This document shows positions 1-10,545 of a DNA stretch of 64,000 bases, piece by piece; position 1 is the first letter of the stretch, and every line of letters starts with the position of its first letter. The notes beneath the pieces were generated by a model. That model searched no databases. It was given only the letters and a program-made list of their open reading frames with translations, and had not been told where the DNA came from. The stretch comes from Candidatus Deferrimicrobiaceae bacterium (lineage in GTDB: Bacteria > Desulfobacterota > Deferrimicrobia > Deferrimicrobiales > Deferrimicrobiaceae), in assembly GCA_963792415.1 (NCBI GenBank), contig CAWBVY010000006.1:832001-896000 (forward strand), read 5' to 3'. The position numbers were made by a program, and so were the translations under genes.

Positions 1-282
1 GAGCACTTTCGCGGGCGTGGTGGACTTGAGGCCGCCCATGTATCCGGAGTGGCTGTAGTATGTTTTCCCCGTCATCTTGTTCCCGGTGAGCTTCACCTTG
101 TCGGCGTTCACCACGATGACGAAATCGCCCATGTCGGAGTTGGGCGTGAATGTCGGCTTGTGCTTGCCGCGCAGGACGTCGGCGATTTTCGTGGCCATTC
201 GGCCGAGAACCTTCCCCTCGGCGTCCACGACGTGCCACGTCTGGTCAGCGGAATCCCTGGTAAGCATCTTCGTCGTTTTCAT
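1..282 (-). CDS. rplM: 50S ribosomal protein L13 (5' part; runs off window start)
   Basis: Manual translation from ATG at 282: [69 protein letters not shown]..., the classic L13 N-terminus; absent from the ORF track. Confidence 0.96.
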   Translation of the reverse strand, partial: MKTTKMLTRDSADQTWHVVDAEGKVLGRMATKIADVLRGKHKPTFTPNSDMGDFVIVVNADKVKLTGNKMTGKTYYSHSGYMGGLKSTTPAKVL

Positions 283-315
283 CGCGCAGACCTTCCCCTC
301 GAAATCAAAAGATAA

Positions 316-345
316 TATCTAACAGGATTTGCCGGGCCCCGTCAA
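316..345 (-). promoter_or_regulatory. Putative sigma70 promoter of rplM
   Basis: Minus strand TTGACG-18 nt-TAGATA with an extended -10 TG, about 35 bp upstream of the rplM start. Confidence 0.5.
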
Positions 346-366
346 GGGGAAAAGGAGGCTCCCGGA

Positions 367-1020
367 TCAAGCCACCGACACACGGAGGGTAGCCACCCCC
401 TGAATTTCCGCAACCAGATGGTCCCCGGAGACGATGCGGCTGACGCCGGCAGGGGTCCCGGTCAGGATGACGTCGCCGGGTTCGAGCGTGAAACTTCCCG
501 ACATGTGGCTGATGATGGCGGGGATGCGGTGGATCATCATCGAGGTGTTTCCATCCTGCCGTATCTTGCCGTTCACCGTCAGGCGGATCTGCAAGTTCTG
601 CGGGTCCGCCACACTGGATGCCTCCACGAAGGCAGAGAGCGGACAGGCGGTGTCGAATCCCTTGGCGATCTCCCACGGCAACCCCTTTTTCTTCTGTGCA
701 TCCTGAACATCGCGCAAGGTGAGATCGATGCCGACCCCGTATCCGGCGATATGTTCCATCGCCCGCTCCACAGGGATATCCTTCCCCTTCCTGCCGATCA
801 GGAGCGCCAGTTCCGCTTCGTAATGACACTCGCGCGAATAGGGCGGAATGACGATCGCTTCCCCTTCGCCGATGACCGAAGAGGCCGGCTTGATGAAGAT
901 CACCGGCGCTTCGGGGGTCGCGTTCCCCAGCTCCTTGATATGGTCCGAATAGTTGCGGCCGATGCAGAGAATCTTGCCGATGGGAAGATGCCGACCGCTT
1001 GTAAGACGTGCTGTCCTCAT
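367..1020 (-). CDS. Fumarylacetoacetate hydrolase (FAH) family protein
   Basis: KILCIGRNY, HYEAEL, DLTLRDVQ, AKGFDT and LEPGDVILTGTP motifs. Confidence 0.92.
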   Translation of the reverse strand: MRTARLTSGRHLPIGKILCIGRNYSDHIKELGNATPEAPVIFIKPASSVIGEGEAIVIPPYSRECHYEAELALLIGRKGKDIPVERAMEHIAGYGVGIDLTLRDVQDAQKKKGLPWEIAKGFDTACPLSAFVEASSVADPQNLQIRLTVNGKIRQDGNTSMMIHRIPAIISHMSGSFTLEPGDVILTGTPAGVSRIVSGDHLVAEIQGVATLRVSVA

Positions 1021-1039
1021 GGCTGCAACTCCTTTCCCG

Positions 1040-2404
1040 TCAGCGGGTCAGCCAGGACCGCGCCCGGAGCGTGGAGGCGGCGTAGGGAAAGATCCAGAAC
1101 AGCGTGAAGAAGGAAAAGTACGCGTAGAAGATCCCGAAAAGGAAATCCCACGAAAGCTCGCTCCGGAGATAGTACAGCATGTTCAGCCCCGCCATGGCCC
1201 CGATCACCGCCATGACCCGCAGGACCGCCATCGGATCCTCGATGGAAAACAGGACCAGCATCGGAAGGACCGCAAGGCCGACCGGATACCGAAGGTTCGT
1301 GATCAGGGAGTCCAGCACGGCGATCAGACGCGCGATCGGTGGGCGTTTCCAGACGATCTCGCGCGCAAACCGGATCTCCTCGCGTATGTAGCTCCGGTCC
1401 CACCGCAGGTACATTTTGCAGAGCCTCACGTAGTTTGACGGCACCACGGTGTGGACCACCGCGGTGCCCTGGTATACGGAATCGTAGCCAAGCTTCAGGA
1501 TGTCGTTCGTGAGAGCGCGGTCCTCCCCGTACGTGCACCTCACCCCGAGGAACTTTTGCTCCTCCCAGGCCGGGAGCACCTCCCGCAGCGCGGATAGCCG
1601 GTACGCGGAGAGCGCTCCCGGGCAGCAATACACGGTCCCATAGGTCGATTGCACCGACCGGAGGAAATCGAAGGAAAGCACGAACCGGACATGCAGCATT
1701 CTGGGAATCAACCCCTCTTCACGATTGTACACGAGCACCTTCCCGGCGACTGCACCGATGCCGGGGTTCCGGAAGGGCCCCGCCATGGAAAGTAGCGTGC
1801 TCTTGTCGATCACGCTGTCGGAGTCGATCGTGACGACGACCTCGCCCCTGCCGCGGCGAATCCCTTCCGCGAGCGCCGCGCGCTTCCCGCGATTTTCGCG
1901 GAAGCGGATTTTCGTCACGATTCCCGGATACAGCCCCGCCACCCGCTCGATGTGGGTCCACGTGTCGTCCGTGCTACCGTCGTCCACGACCAGTATCTCC
2001 AGACGCTCCCTCGGATATCGCGCCGCGGCCACGGACTCGATCGATTTCGCCACCATGGCCCCCTCGTTGTACGCGGGAATGATCACTGTGAGCGGGGGGG
2101 CATCTTCAAGAGTCGCGGGCTTGTGCGGCCGGTACCGGAACCAAAGCATCGTGCGGAACACCAGCATGAGGGTTCCCATCAATGCCCACAACATGCTCGG
2201 CCGAACCAGAATCCGGGTCCAACCGTGCTTTTCCATCAACCGGATCAGCGGGTGAAAGGAATCGTAGGAAACATTTATGTACACCAGGTACCCGAGTCCC
2301 AGGAATATGACCCCGCGCAAGGCCCAATCCGTGATCCCGGCGCTATGCGCGATTCCTGCCGCATCCCACCCCGGTTTCAAAATCTCTGCTTTCTCCGTTT
2401 CCAT
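1040..2404 (-). CDS. GT2 processive glycosyltransferase (HasA/NodC/IcaA-like)
   Basis: IIPAYNE, VDDGS, DSD, GEDR and MYLRW (QxxRW-like) motifs; N- and C-terminal TM helices; start chosen at METEK. Confidence 0.85.
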   Translation of the reverse strand: METEKAEILKPGWDAAGIAHSAGITDWALRGVIFLGLGYLVYINVSYDSFHPLIRLMEKHGWTRILVRPSMLWALMGTLMLVFRTMLWFRYRPHKPATLEDAPPLTVIIPAYNEGAMVAKSIESVAAARYPRERLEILVVDDGSTDDTWTHIERVAGLYPGIVTKIRFRENRGKRAALAEGIRRGRGEVVVTIDSDSVIDKSTLLSMAGPFRNPGIGAVAGKVLVYNREEGLIPRMLHVRFVLSFDFLRSVQSTYGTVYCCPGALSAYRLSALREVLPAWEEQKFLGVRCTYGEDRALTNDILKLGYDSVYQGTAVVHTVVPSNYVRLCKMYLRWDRSYIREEIRFAREIVWKRPPIARLIAVLDSLITNLRYPVGLAVLPMLVLFSIEDPMAVLRVMAVIGAMAGLNMLYYLRSELSWDFLFGIFYAYFSFFTLFWIFPYAASTLRARSWLTR

Positions 2405-2717
2405 CGTTCCTCGGCGGATCCTTTCGCTCGGTTTCACGCACGGATTACCTCGCGCAAATTCTTTGTTTTATCGCATTCCCGCTGTCACTTCACCGAGCAC
2501 ATCCATCCATCGGCCATTCTGACCGGTATTTCGATCGCATGCGGCGCGCCAATCCACGTCAATTCGTCAATGCTGAATGTTATCGGCCAATTGCCTGGTC
2601 GCATTTCCGCCAATAGGCCGCATTGAATCTTCGGGAGGGCAACTTCTTCCTGGCAGAGTTCGCCACAATACGAAGATCCTGTCGAAAAAAGCCGATACCT
2701 TCCTCGTGTGCCGCGGT

Positions 2718-3278
2718 CTAAAGCAGCTTCAGGAAAGCCGCCAGCCAGGCCGGGTGCGCCGGCCAGGCGGGCGCAGTTACAAGATTGCCGTCGACGTGGG
2801 CTTCGGGCCAATCCTTGGGGACATACTTTCCTCCCGCGGCCTCGACTTCGGGGGCACACGCCGGATACGCCGAGCATTCCCTTCCTTTGAGTACGCCCGC
2901 CGCAGCAAGAATTTGCGCCCCATGACAAACTGCCGCGATCGGCTTGTTGGAGGATGCGAAATGGCGGACCATCTCGAGAACCCCCTTGTTCAGGCGCAGG
3001 TATTCGGGCGCCCGGCCACCGGGGAGGACGAGCGCATCATAGGAGCTTGCCTGGATCTCTGAAAACGTTGCGTTCAGACGAAAGTTGTGGCCAACCTTCT
3101 CGCTGTACGTCTGGTCGCCTTCAAAATCGTGGATCGCCGTCCTTACGGTCTCTCCCGATTTCTTGTCAGGACAGACCGCGTGCACCGCGTGTCCAACCAT
3201 TTGAAGTGCTTGAAAGGGAACCATTACCTCGTAGTCTTCGACGAAATCACCGACGAGCATCAATATTTTCTTTCCCAT
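2718..3278 (-). CDS. DJ-1/PfpI family protein
   Basis: [16 protein letters not shown] and AVCHG catalytic motif. Confidence 0.92.
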   Translation of the reverse strand: MGKKILMLVGDFVEDYEVMVPFQALQMVGHAVHAVCPDKKSGETVRTAIHDFEGDQTYSEKVGHNFRLNATFSEIQASSYDALVLPGGRAPEYLRLNKGVLEMVRHFASSNKPIAAVCHGAQILAAAGVLKGRECSAYPACAPEVEAAGGKYVPKDWPEAHVDGNLVTAPAWPAHPAWLAAFLKLL

Positions 3279-3386
3279 ACCAGGTCCTCCTCTCTTTCCT
3301 GGAGTTCAGACTAACATGGATCACGGATCCGGTAGATAGGATGCGGCTTTTCCTGGGCGAGCCTCATCCAAACGGATCTTCCGTAC

Positions 3387-3465
3387 GCCTGACCGCTCCA
3401 GTTGAGCTGCGGACGCCCTTGGAGTTCGCCACCCGGGCCGTCACAGCCTCAAGCCGTTGTCAGGC
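3387..3465 (-). repeat. Integron attC site (degenerate) closing the 3460-3906 cassette
   Basis: Minus strand GCCTGAC (R'', overlaps the gene's TGA) AACGGCTTGAGGCTGTGACGG...CCGCAGCTCAACTGGAGCG GTCAGGC (R'); 79-bp imperfect palindrome. Confidence 0.72.
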
Positions 3466-3906
3466 TTCACTGCGATCATGAACGCTGAGCTCAAGCACTA
3501 TTCGACCCCAGCCGCCACACTGTACTCCGACGTCAAAGCATGCGGCTCGCCTGAACCGCATTTCATTCGGATCAACCCCGGCGAGGAAGAGCTCGCCGGC
3601 AGTAAAGATCATCGAAGCAGATGCGCTGAGCGCGTAAATGCAGATCTTCTTCGGGCATCGTTTCGTGAGCAGGTTTCCAGCACCATCAAAATAGAACTTG
3701 TCCCCGACCTTGTGTTGGCTGTTGCATCCCTCCGACGCCATGACTTCCAATACAATTGTCTTATTGTTCAATTCTGGCGCCTTCGAGAGGACATCCTCAT
3801 TTCTCGGATTCTCCCGGAATACCTTCATCTCCTCATCCGTGTATCCGAGTCGTTCCTTCATGAATTTCCACTTGACCAGGTCCCATGCCTTGTCTCGGAT
3901 GCTCAT
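3460..3906 (-). CDS. TIGR04076-like Cys-containing protein, integron cassette
   Basis: GCNSQHKVGDKFYF..ICIYAL..ACFD pattern; lower GC than flanks; bounded by attC sites. Confidence 0.65.
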   Translation of the reverse strand: MSIRDKAWDLVKWKFMKERLGYTDEEMKVFRENPRNEDVLSKAPELNNKTIVLEVMASEGCNSQHKVGDKFYFDGAGNLLTKRCPKKICIYALSASASMIFTAGELFLAGVDPNEMRFRRAACFDVGVQCGGWGRIVLELSVHDRSEA

Positions 3907-3933
3907 TTTTTCTCCATAGGTTGGTTATCGCAA

Positions 3934-4009
3934 GCCCAATGCCCAGGCTGAGCTGCGAGCACTCTCGGTTCTCCTCCGGTGAACCGTCAGCTTCAGCCTG
4001 TTGTTCGGT
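3934..4009 (-). repeat. Integron attC site closing the tautomerase cassette
   Basis: Minus strand ACCGAAC AACAGGCTGAAGCTGACG...CGCAGCTCAGCCTGGGC ATTGGGC; paired arms with two unpaired bases; 76 bp. Confidence 0.8.
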
Positions 4010-4033
4010 GGCGCAAATCCATTGAACAATGTC

Positions 4034-4234
4034 CTATTTCTTGTCCTTGAACGTATCGCTGCAGAATTTCCCACCAATAACCCAATTATCTTTTGGAACT
4101 TCATCGAATATGATAGTGACTGCTTCCACGGGACATTTCACACTATCTACCATCACGTCGGTTATGCCCTTAGCGATACATCTTTTTAATTCGCTCGCCA
4201 CTCCCGCCCACATCTCGACTCTGACGATTGGCAT
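4034..4234 (-). CDS. 4-oxalocrotonate tautomerase family protein, integron cassette
   Basis: N-terminal Pro after Met (MPIVRVEM), 66 aa, EVPKDNWVIGG; low GC. Confidence 0.88.
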   Translation of the reverse strand: MPIVRVEMWAGVASELKRCIAKGITDVMVDSVKCPVEAVTIIFDEVPKDNWVIGGKFCSDTFKDKK

Positions 4235-4299
4235 GGCATACCTCCATTCTTAATCCCGGGTACGGTTAATGCCTCTTTCACTGCACCGGGAATTCCGCT

Positions 4300-4610
4300 T
4301 GGCAGGTGGAGCAGGCAATCGATGCCGTGACGATACTCCTCGGTAGCGTCTTCGGTCAAGAGTGGGCCAGGACGACCCGGATTCCGGCCCCTCCCCCTCC
4401 CCGCGACGTCCCGCTTCCAAAGGGAGACGATCCGGTCGGTCGTTTACGGTACGCGATCCGTTGCCGCAGGTACCCCGTGCGCACCCTACCGTCGCACGCT
4501 TTCCGGATCTACGGGAAATGCTCGGGCACAGCGACGTCTCGACGACGAGAATCTACACGCACGTACGGAACCGGCCGGGCCTGGCGGTACGCAGCCCCGA
4601 GGACGGGTAG
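4300..4610 (+). pseudogene. intI: Integron integrase remnant (internally deleted, frameshifted)
   Basis: One frame gives WQVEQAIDAV...[15 protein letters not shown] (IntI N-terminal-like); another gives [30 protein letters not shown] (IntI C-terminus); divergent from the attC array. Confidence 0.8.
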
Positions 4611-4688
4611 AGGGAAGAAACCCGGGGGGCGCTGCGCCATCTAAATCCCCGTAGATAGCACGCCGGGGCGGGGACGGGGGAGGAACGG

Positions 4689-5018
4689 ATGGCTTTTGAT
4701 GAAGCGGTGGCGGGGAGGGTACGCGAGGCATTGGCGGGGGCGCCGGACGTCATCGAGAAAAAGATGTTCGGCGGTGTCGCGTTCATGGTCCTGGGGAACA
4801 TGTGCTGCGGGGTGATCGGCGACCGGCTCATGCTGCGCGTGGGACCCGATCGGCACGAGGCGGCGCTCTCACGGCCTCACGCCAGGCCGATGGATTTCAC
4901 GGGGAGGCCGATGAAAGGGATGGTCTACGTCGAGCCCGCGGGGTTCGCTTCGGCCGCCGATCTCAAGACATGGATCGCGAGGGCGATGGAGTTCACGCTC
5001 TCGCTCCCCGCGAAGTAG
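4689..5018 (+). CDS. TfoX/Sxy N-terminal domain protein
   Basis: EKKMFGGVAFMVLGNMCCGV and MDFTGRPMKG motifs. Confidence 0.88.
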   Translation: MAFDEAVAGRVREALAGAPDVIEKKMFGGVAFMVLGNMCCGVIGDRLMLRVGPDRHEAALSRPHARPMDFTGRPMKGMVYVEPAGFASAADLKTWIARAMEFTLSLPAK

Positions 5019-5036
5019 TTCCCGCCGGACGGCCCC

Positions 5037-5861
5037 TCAGTACCACACGCGCCAGAGGAAGAGGCCGTGCGGGGGGGCGTTGACCCCGGCGGCGGAACGG
5101 TCGCGCGCCCGAAGGATCTCCCCGATGTGCTCCGCGGAATGCTTCCCCTTCCCCGCGTTCACCACCGTGCCGACGATGTTGCGCACCATGTGGCGCAGGA
5201 AGCCGGTGCCGGCCACGTCGATGGAGAAGAGGCCCGGGACGTCGTGCCGCGCGACTTCCGCCCGGAGGATCGTTCGGACCGGCGATATCGACGTGCAACC
5301 TTGCCCGCGGAACGATGTGAAGTCGTGTTCTCCGACCAGATGGGAGAGCCCCTCCCGCACCGCGTCCAGGTCCAGCGGCGCCTCGATGTGCCAGGCGTAG
5401 CGGGAGAGGAACGGAGAATCGACCGGGGAAAGATGGAGGAAATACCGGTACTCCTTCCTCGTCGCGTGGCGCCTCGCGTCGAAGACCTCCGGCACGATGG
5501 AAGCCGAGAGGATGCGGATGTCGGTAGGGAGAAGGGCGTTCCCGCCGTGGACGATCGTCTCGATGGCCCGCACGCCGGCGTCGGCGAAGTCGACGACCTG
5601 CTCCCGCGCGTGCACGCCCGCGTCGGTGCGCCCGGCCGCCCGCAGGCGGACCGGCTCCTGCAGGATCCGGGCGAGCACGTCCTCCATCACCGCCTGGACC
5701 GTCGTCCCGTTCGGCTGGACCTGCCACCCGGCGTACGCCGTCCCGTCGTATGCGACGGTGAGCTTAACCCGCCGCGCCGGGTGGTTCTTGTCGGAGGGGA
5801 AAAAACCGGGAGCGGGGGAAGTTCCCCCGCTCCCGGCGCACGCAGGTTCGTTCGGGGCCAC
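5037..5861 (-). CDS. truA: tRNA pseudouridine(38-40) synthase (start uncertain, GTG at 5861)
   Basis: YDGTAYAGWQ, AGRTDAGVHA, HDFTSF, GFLRHMVRNIVG and APPHGLFL motifs. Confidence 0.93.
   Translation of the reverse strand: MAPNEPACAGSGGTSPAPGFFPSDKNHPARRVKLTVAYDGTAYAGWQVQPNGTTVQAVMEDVLARILQEPVRLRAAGRTDAGVHAREQVVDFADAGVRAIETIVHGGNALLPTDIRILSASIVPEVFDARRHATRKEYRYFLHLSPVDSPFLSRYAWHIEAPLDLDAVREGLSHLVGEHDFTSFRGQGCTSISPVRTILRAEVARHDVPGLFSIDVAGTGFLRHMVRNIVGTVVNAGKGKHSAEHIGEILRARDRSAAGVNAPPHGLFLWRVWY
5800..5836 (-). terminator. Intrinsic terminator-like hairpin downstream of asd, inside the truA 5' region
   Basis: Perfect 15-bp inverted repeat CCGGGAGCGGGGGAA/TTCCCCCGCTCCCGG followed by T6 on the minus strand. 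Confidence 0.7.
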
Positions 5862-5878
5862 GCGCTCCCCGGCAGCGG

Positions 5879-6916
<1,038 letters not shown>

Positions 6917-6920
6917 TGCC

Positions 6921-8021
6921 TCACCTCTCCATGGATGTTTTCTGGACGGCGTCCCGGACCCGGTCGCCCATCTCGGTCGTTCCGACCTTTTTCCCTTCGC
7001 CCTCGCGGTAGATGTCGCCCGTCCGGTACCCGTCGGCGAGGACCCGCGCGACCGCCTTCTCGATCCAGGCGGCCTCCACGGGCATATCGAAGGAGTATTT
7101 TAGCATCATCGCGACGGAAAGTACCATCGCCAAGGGGTTGGCGACCCCCTTCCCGGCGATGTCGGGGGCGCTGCCGTGGATCGGCTCGTACAACCCCACC
7201 TTTCCCCCGATGGAGGCGGACGGCAGCATCCCGATCGACCCGGTGATCATCGACGCCTCGTCGGTAAGGATGTCGCCGAAGAGGTTCGTCGTCACCAACA
7301 CATCGAACTGCCGGGGGTTGCGGATGAGCTGCATCGCGCAGTTGTCGACCAGCATGTGGGAGAGCGCCACGTCGGGGTACTCCTTCGCGCCCACCTCGGA
7401 CACCACCCTGTGCCACAGCACGGAGGATTCGAGGACGTTGAACTTGTCCACCGAGGTGACCTTCCGGGTCCGCTTGCGCGCCAGGTCGAAGGCGACCCGG
7501 GCGACACGCTCGATCTCGGGACGCGTGTAGATCTCCGTGTTGATCCCCGTCTCCACGCCGTCGATCACGGATTCGCCGCGCGGTTCGCCGAAGTAGATCC
7601 CGCCCGTCAGCTCGCGCACGACCATGAGGTCGATCCCCTCGACCAGTTCGCGCCGCAGCGGCGAGGCGCCGATCAGGGGCGCGAAGACCACCGCGGGGCG
7701 CAGGTTGGCGAACAGCCCCAGCTCCCTGCGCAGCCCCAGCAGCCCCCGCTCGGGGCGCAGGTCGAAGGGGAGGACGTCCCACTTCGGACCGCCCACCGCC
7801 CCCAACAGCAGCGCGTCGGACGCCTTTGCCAGGGCCAGGGCGCCCGGGGTCATCGGGGTTCCGTGGGCGTCGTAGGAAGCGCCCCCCACGAGCGCCTCCT
7901 CCGTCTCGAACCGCCGCCCCCCGGAAACCGTCTCCACCGTCCGCAGGACGGCCAAGGCCTCCCGCATCACCTCCGGACCGATCCCGTCTCCCGGAAAAAC
8001 ACAGATCTTCTTCACCGCCAT
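6921..8021 (-). CDS. leuB: 3-isopropylmalate dehydrogenase
   Basis: [30 protein letters not shown] and [13 protein letters not shown] motifs; start MAVKK. Confidence 0.96.
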   Translation of the reverse strand: MAVKKICVFPGDGIGPEVMREALAVLRTVETVSGGRRFETEEALVGGASYDAHGTPMTPGALALAKASDALLLGAVGGPKWDVLPFDLRPERGLLGLRRELGLFANLRPAVVFAPLIGASPLRRELVEGIDLMVVRELTGGIYFGEPRGESVIDGVETGINTEIYTRPEIERVARVAFDLARKRTRKVTSVDKFNVLESSVLWHRVVSEVGAKEYPDVALSHMLVDNCAMQLIRNPRQFDVLVTTNLFGDILTDEASMITGSIGMLPSASIGGKVGLYEPIHGSAPDIAGKGVANPLAMVLSVAMMLKYSFDMPVEAAWIEKAVARVLADGYRTGDIYREGEGKKVGTTEMGDRVRDAVQKTSMER

Positions 8022-8530
8022 CAAGCCCCCTTCTTTCTCTTCGCGATATAGTTCAGCAGCCCCCCGGCGGCCACAAGCTCCCGCATGAACGGGGGGATCG
8101 GGGTGAAACGGTACTCCTTCCCCTTCGTCTCGTTCCGAAGGGACCCCCGCTCCATGTCCACGGAGAGGCGGTCTCCGGCCTCGATCTCGTCCACCGCGTC
8201 CCGGGACTCGAAGATCGGCAGCCCCATGTTGAAGGCGTTCCGGTAGAAGATGCGGGCGAACGAGCGGGCGATGACCGCCGACGCGCCGGACGCCTTGATC
8301 GCGATCGGGGCGTGCTCCCGCGAGGAGCCGCACCCGAAGTTCTTCCCCGCGACGATGAAGTCGCCCTTCGCTACCTGCGGCGCGAAGGAGGCGTCGATGT
8401 CCTCCATGCAGTGCGAGGCGAGTTCCGCCGGATCGGAGGTGTTCAGGTACCGCGCGGGGAGGATGACGTCCGTGTCGACGTCGTCCCCGTACTTCCACGC
8501 CTTGCCGCGCAGCACCGTGCTAGAGCTCAT
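8021..8530 (-). CDS. leuD: 3-isopropylmalate dehydratase small subunit
   Basis: [23 protein letters not shown] and SFARIFYRN motifs. Confidence 0.96.
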   Translation of the reverse strand: MSSSTVLRGKAWKYGDDVDTDVILPARYLNTSDPAELASHCMEDIDASFAPQVAKGDFIVAGKNFGCGSSREHAPIAIKASGASAVIARSFARIFYRNAFNMGLPIFESRDAVDEIEAGDRLSVDMERGSLRNETKGKEYRFTPIPPFMRELVAAGGLLNYIAKRKKGA

Positions 8531-9779
8531 CGGGTCCTCCGATCCTCCCCAGCACCGCGGAGGCCGCGGCCACCGCGGGGTTGGAAAGGTACACCTCGCT
8601 CCCGGGGTGGCCCATGCGGCCGACGAAGTTCCGATTCGTCGTCGAGATCGCCCGTTCCCCCTTCGCCAGGATCCCCATGTGGCCCCCCAGGCACGGGCCG
8701 CAGGTGGGGGTGGAGAAGGCCGCTCCCGCCGTGACGAAGGCCTCCATCAGGCCCTCCCGCATCGCCTGCAGGTAGATCTCCTGGGTGGCGGGAAGGATGA
8801 TCATCCGCACTCCGTCGTGGACCTTCCGCCCCCGGATCACCGCCGCGGCGCTGCGCAGGTCCTCGATCCGCCCGTTGGTGCACGACCCCACCACGACCTG
8901 GTCGATCGGGACGTTCCCCACCGCCGAGATCGGCCTCGTGTTCTCCGGCAGGTGCGGAAACGCGACCACCGGCTCGAGCGCGGACAGGTCGACGGAGATC
9001 TCGTCCGCATAGCGCGCGTCGGGGTCGGCCGTCACGACCTCGTACTTCCGCTTCGCCCTCCCGTCGGCGTACGCCTTGGTCGCCGCGTCGAACGGGAAGA
9101 TCCCGTTTTTCGCCCCCGCCTCGATCGCCATGTTCGCCATGGTGAAGCGCCACGCCATCGACAGGTGCGCGATCCCGTCCCCCGCGTATTCCATCGACCG
9201 GTAGAGCGCCCCGTCCACCCCGATCTCGCCGATGATGTGCAGGATCACGTCCTTCCCCTCGACCCACTTCGCGGGGCGGCCCGAAAGGACGATCCGCATC
9301 GTCTCGGGGACCTTGAGCCACACCTCCCCCGAGAACATCGCCGCGGCGAGGTCGGTGCTCCCCACGCCGGTGGAGAAGGCGCACAGGGCGCCGTAGGTGC
9401 ACGTGTGGCTGTCCGCGCCGATCACGAGGTCGCCGGGAACGACCAACCCCTCGTCCGGAAGCAAAACGTGCTCGATCCCCATCCGGCCGAGCTCGAAGAA
9501 GTTCGTGATGCCGAACTCCTTCGCGAACTCCCGCATCATCCTGACCTGTTCGGCGCTCTTGATGTCCTTGTTCGGCACGAAGTGGTCCGGCACCAGGGCG
9601 ATCCGCTCGGGGTCGAACACCGCAGCGGCCCCCAGCGACCGGAACGCCTGGATCGCGATCGGACTGGTGACGTCGTTGCCGAGGGCGAGATCGATCTTCG
9701 CCAGGATCAGCTCTCCGGGGACGACCGTCTTCCTTCCGGCGCGCCTGGCGAGGATTTTTTCAGTGATCGTCATGCCCAT
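8520..9779 (-). CDS. leuC: 3-isopropylmalate dehydratase large subunit (short, about 420 aa type)
   Basis: [21 protein letters not shown] and STTNRNF motifs. Confidence 0.96.
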   Translation of the reverse strand: MGMTITEKILARRAGRKTVVPGELILAKIDLALGNDVTSPIAIQAFRSLGAAAVFDPERIALVPDHFVPNKDIKSAEQVRMMREFAKEFGITNFFELGRMGIEHVLLPDEGLVVPGDLVIGADSHTCTYGALCAFSTGVGSTDLAAAMFSGEVWLKVPETMRIVLSGRPAKWVEGKDVILHIIGEIGVDGALYRSMEYAGDGIAHLSMAWRFTMANMAIEAGAKNGIFPFDAATKAYADGRAKRKYEVVTADPDARYADEISVDLSALEPVVAFPHLPENTRPISAVGNVPIDQVVVGSCTNGRIEDLRSAAAVIRGRKVHDGVRMIILPATQEIYLQAMREGLMEAFVTAGAAFSTPTCGPCLGGHMGILAKGERAISTTNRNFVGRMGHPGSEVYLSNPAVAAASAVLGRIGGPDEL

Positions 9780-10545
9780 GGGCCGGCTTCTCGCTTTCCG
9801 TGCGCTTTGTCCGGCGGCGCCGGATCGCGCCGACCACCTCGCCCGCCGGCCCGGAGACGATGTACCCGGCGGCGAAGACGAAGATCATCACCTGCGGCTC
9901 CGCGGCCAGCAGCAGCGCCAGGAAGACGAACATCACGAGCGTGTTGAAGGGGCGCCGCCGGAACGGCTCGAGGTCCTTGAAGGAGTTGAATTTTACGGTG
10001 CTCACCATGAGGAAGGCGAGAACGTAGATCGTCAGGAGGACGGCGAAGTGCCTGAAGCTTCCGGATCCGCCCAGGTAGTAGAAGAGCAGGATCATGGAGG
10101 CGACGAAGACCGCCGCCGCCGGGATGGGGAGCCCGTTGAACTGCCCCTTTTCCACCGTGTTGATCTGGACATTGAAGCGCGCGAGCCGCAGCGCCCCGCA
10201 GATGAGGTAGAGGAACGCCGCCAGCCACCCCCATCGTCCGAAGGCGGAGAGGGCCCAGCCGTACACGAGAAACGCCGGGGCGACGCCGAAGGCGACGAGG
10301 TCGGCCAGGGAATCGTACTCGACGCCGAACCGCGTGGTCGTGTGCGTCATGCGGGCGACGCGGCCGTCGAGGCCATCGAGGATCGCGGCCACGACGATCC
10401 CGATCGCCGCCCTCTCGAAGTTGCCGTTGTAGGTGGACGCGATCGAGTGGAACCCGGCGAACAGGGAACCCGACGTGATGAGGTTGGGCAGGACGTAGAC
10501 CCCCCGCCGCAGGCTGTCCCTCTCGCGCCACCTCCCGCGCCTCAC
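9760..10545 (-). CDS. pssA: CDP-diacylglycerol--serine O-phosphatidyltransferase
   Basis: LPNLIT and [22 protein letters not shown]-alcohol motif, LRLARFN; GTG start overlaps the psd stop. Confidence 0.93.
   Translation of the reverse strand: MRRGRWRERDSLRRGVYVLPNLITSGSLFAGFHSIASTYNGNFERAAIGIVVAAILDGLDGRVARMTHTTTRFGVEYDSLADLVAFGVAPAFLVYGWALSAFGRWGWLAAFLYLICGALRLARFNVQINTVEKGQFNGLPIPAAAVFVASMILLFYYLGGSGSFRHFAVLLTIYVLAFLMVSTVKFNSFKDLEPFRRRPFNTLVMFVFLALLLAAEPQVMIFVFAAGYIVSGPAGEVVGAIRRRRTKRTESEKPAHGHDDH

Noticed and set aside
3387-4009. The two palindromes as a CRISPR array or simple terminators
   Set aside because: Only two dissimilar copies separated by a whole gene, no cas genes and no U tracts; attC fits better
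4689-5018. TfoX gene as an integron cassette
   Set aside because: It lies downstream of intI on the same strand, has host-like GC and has no attC after it
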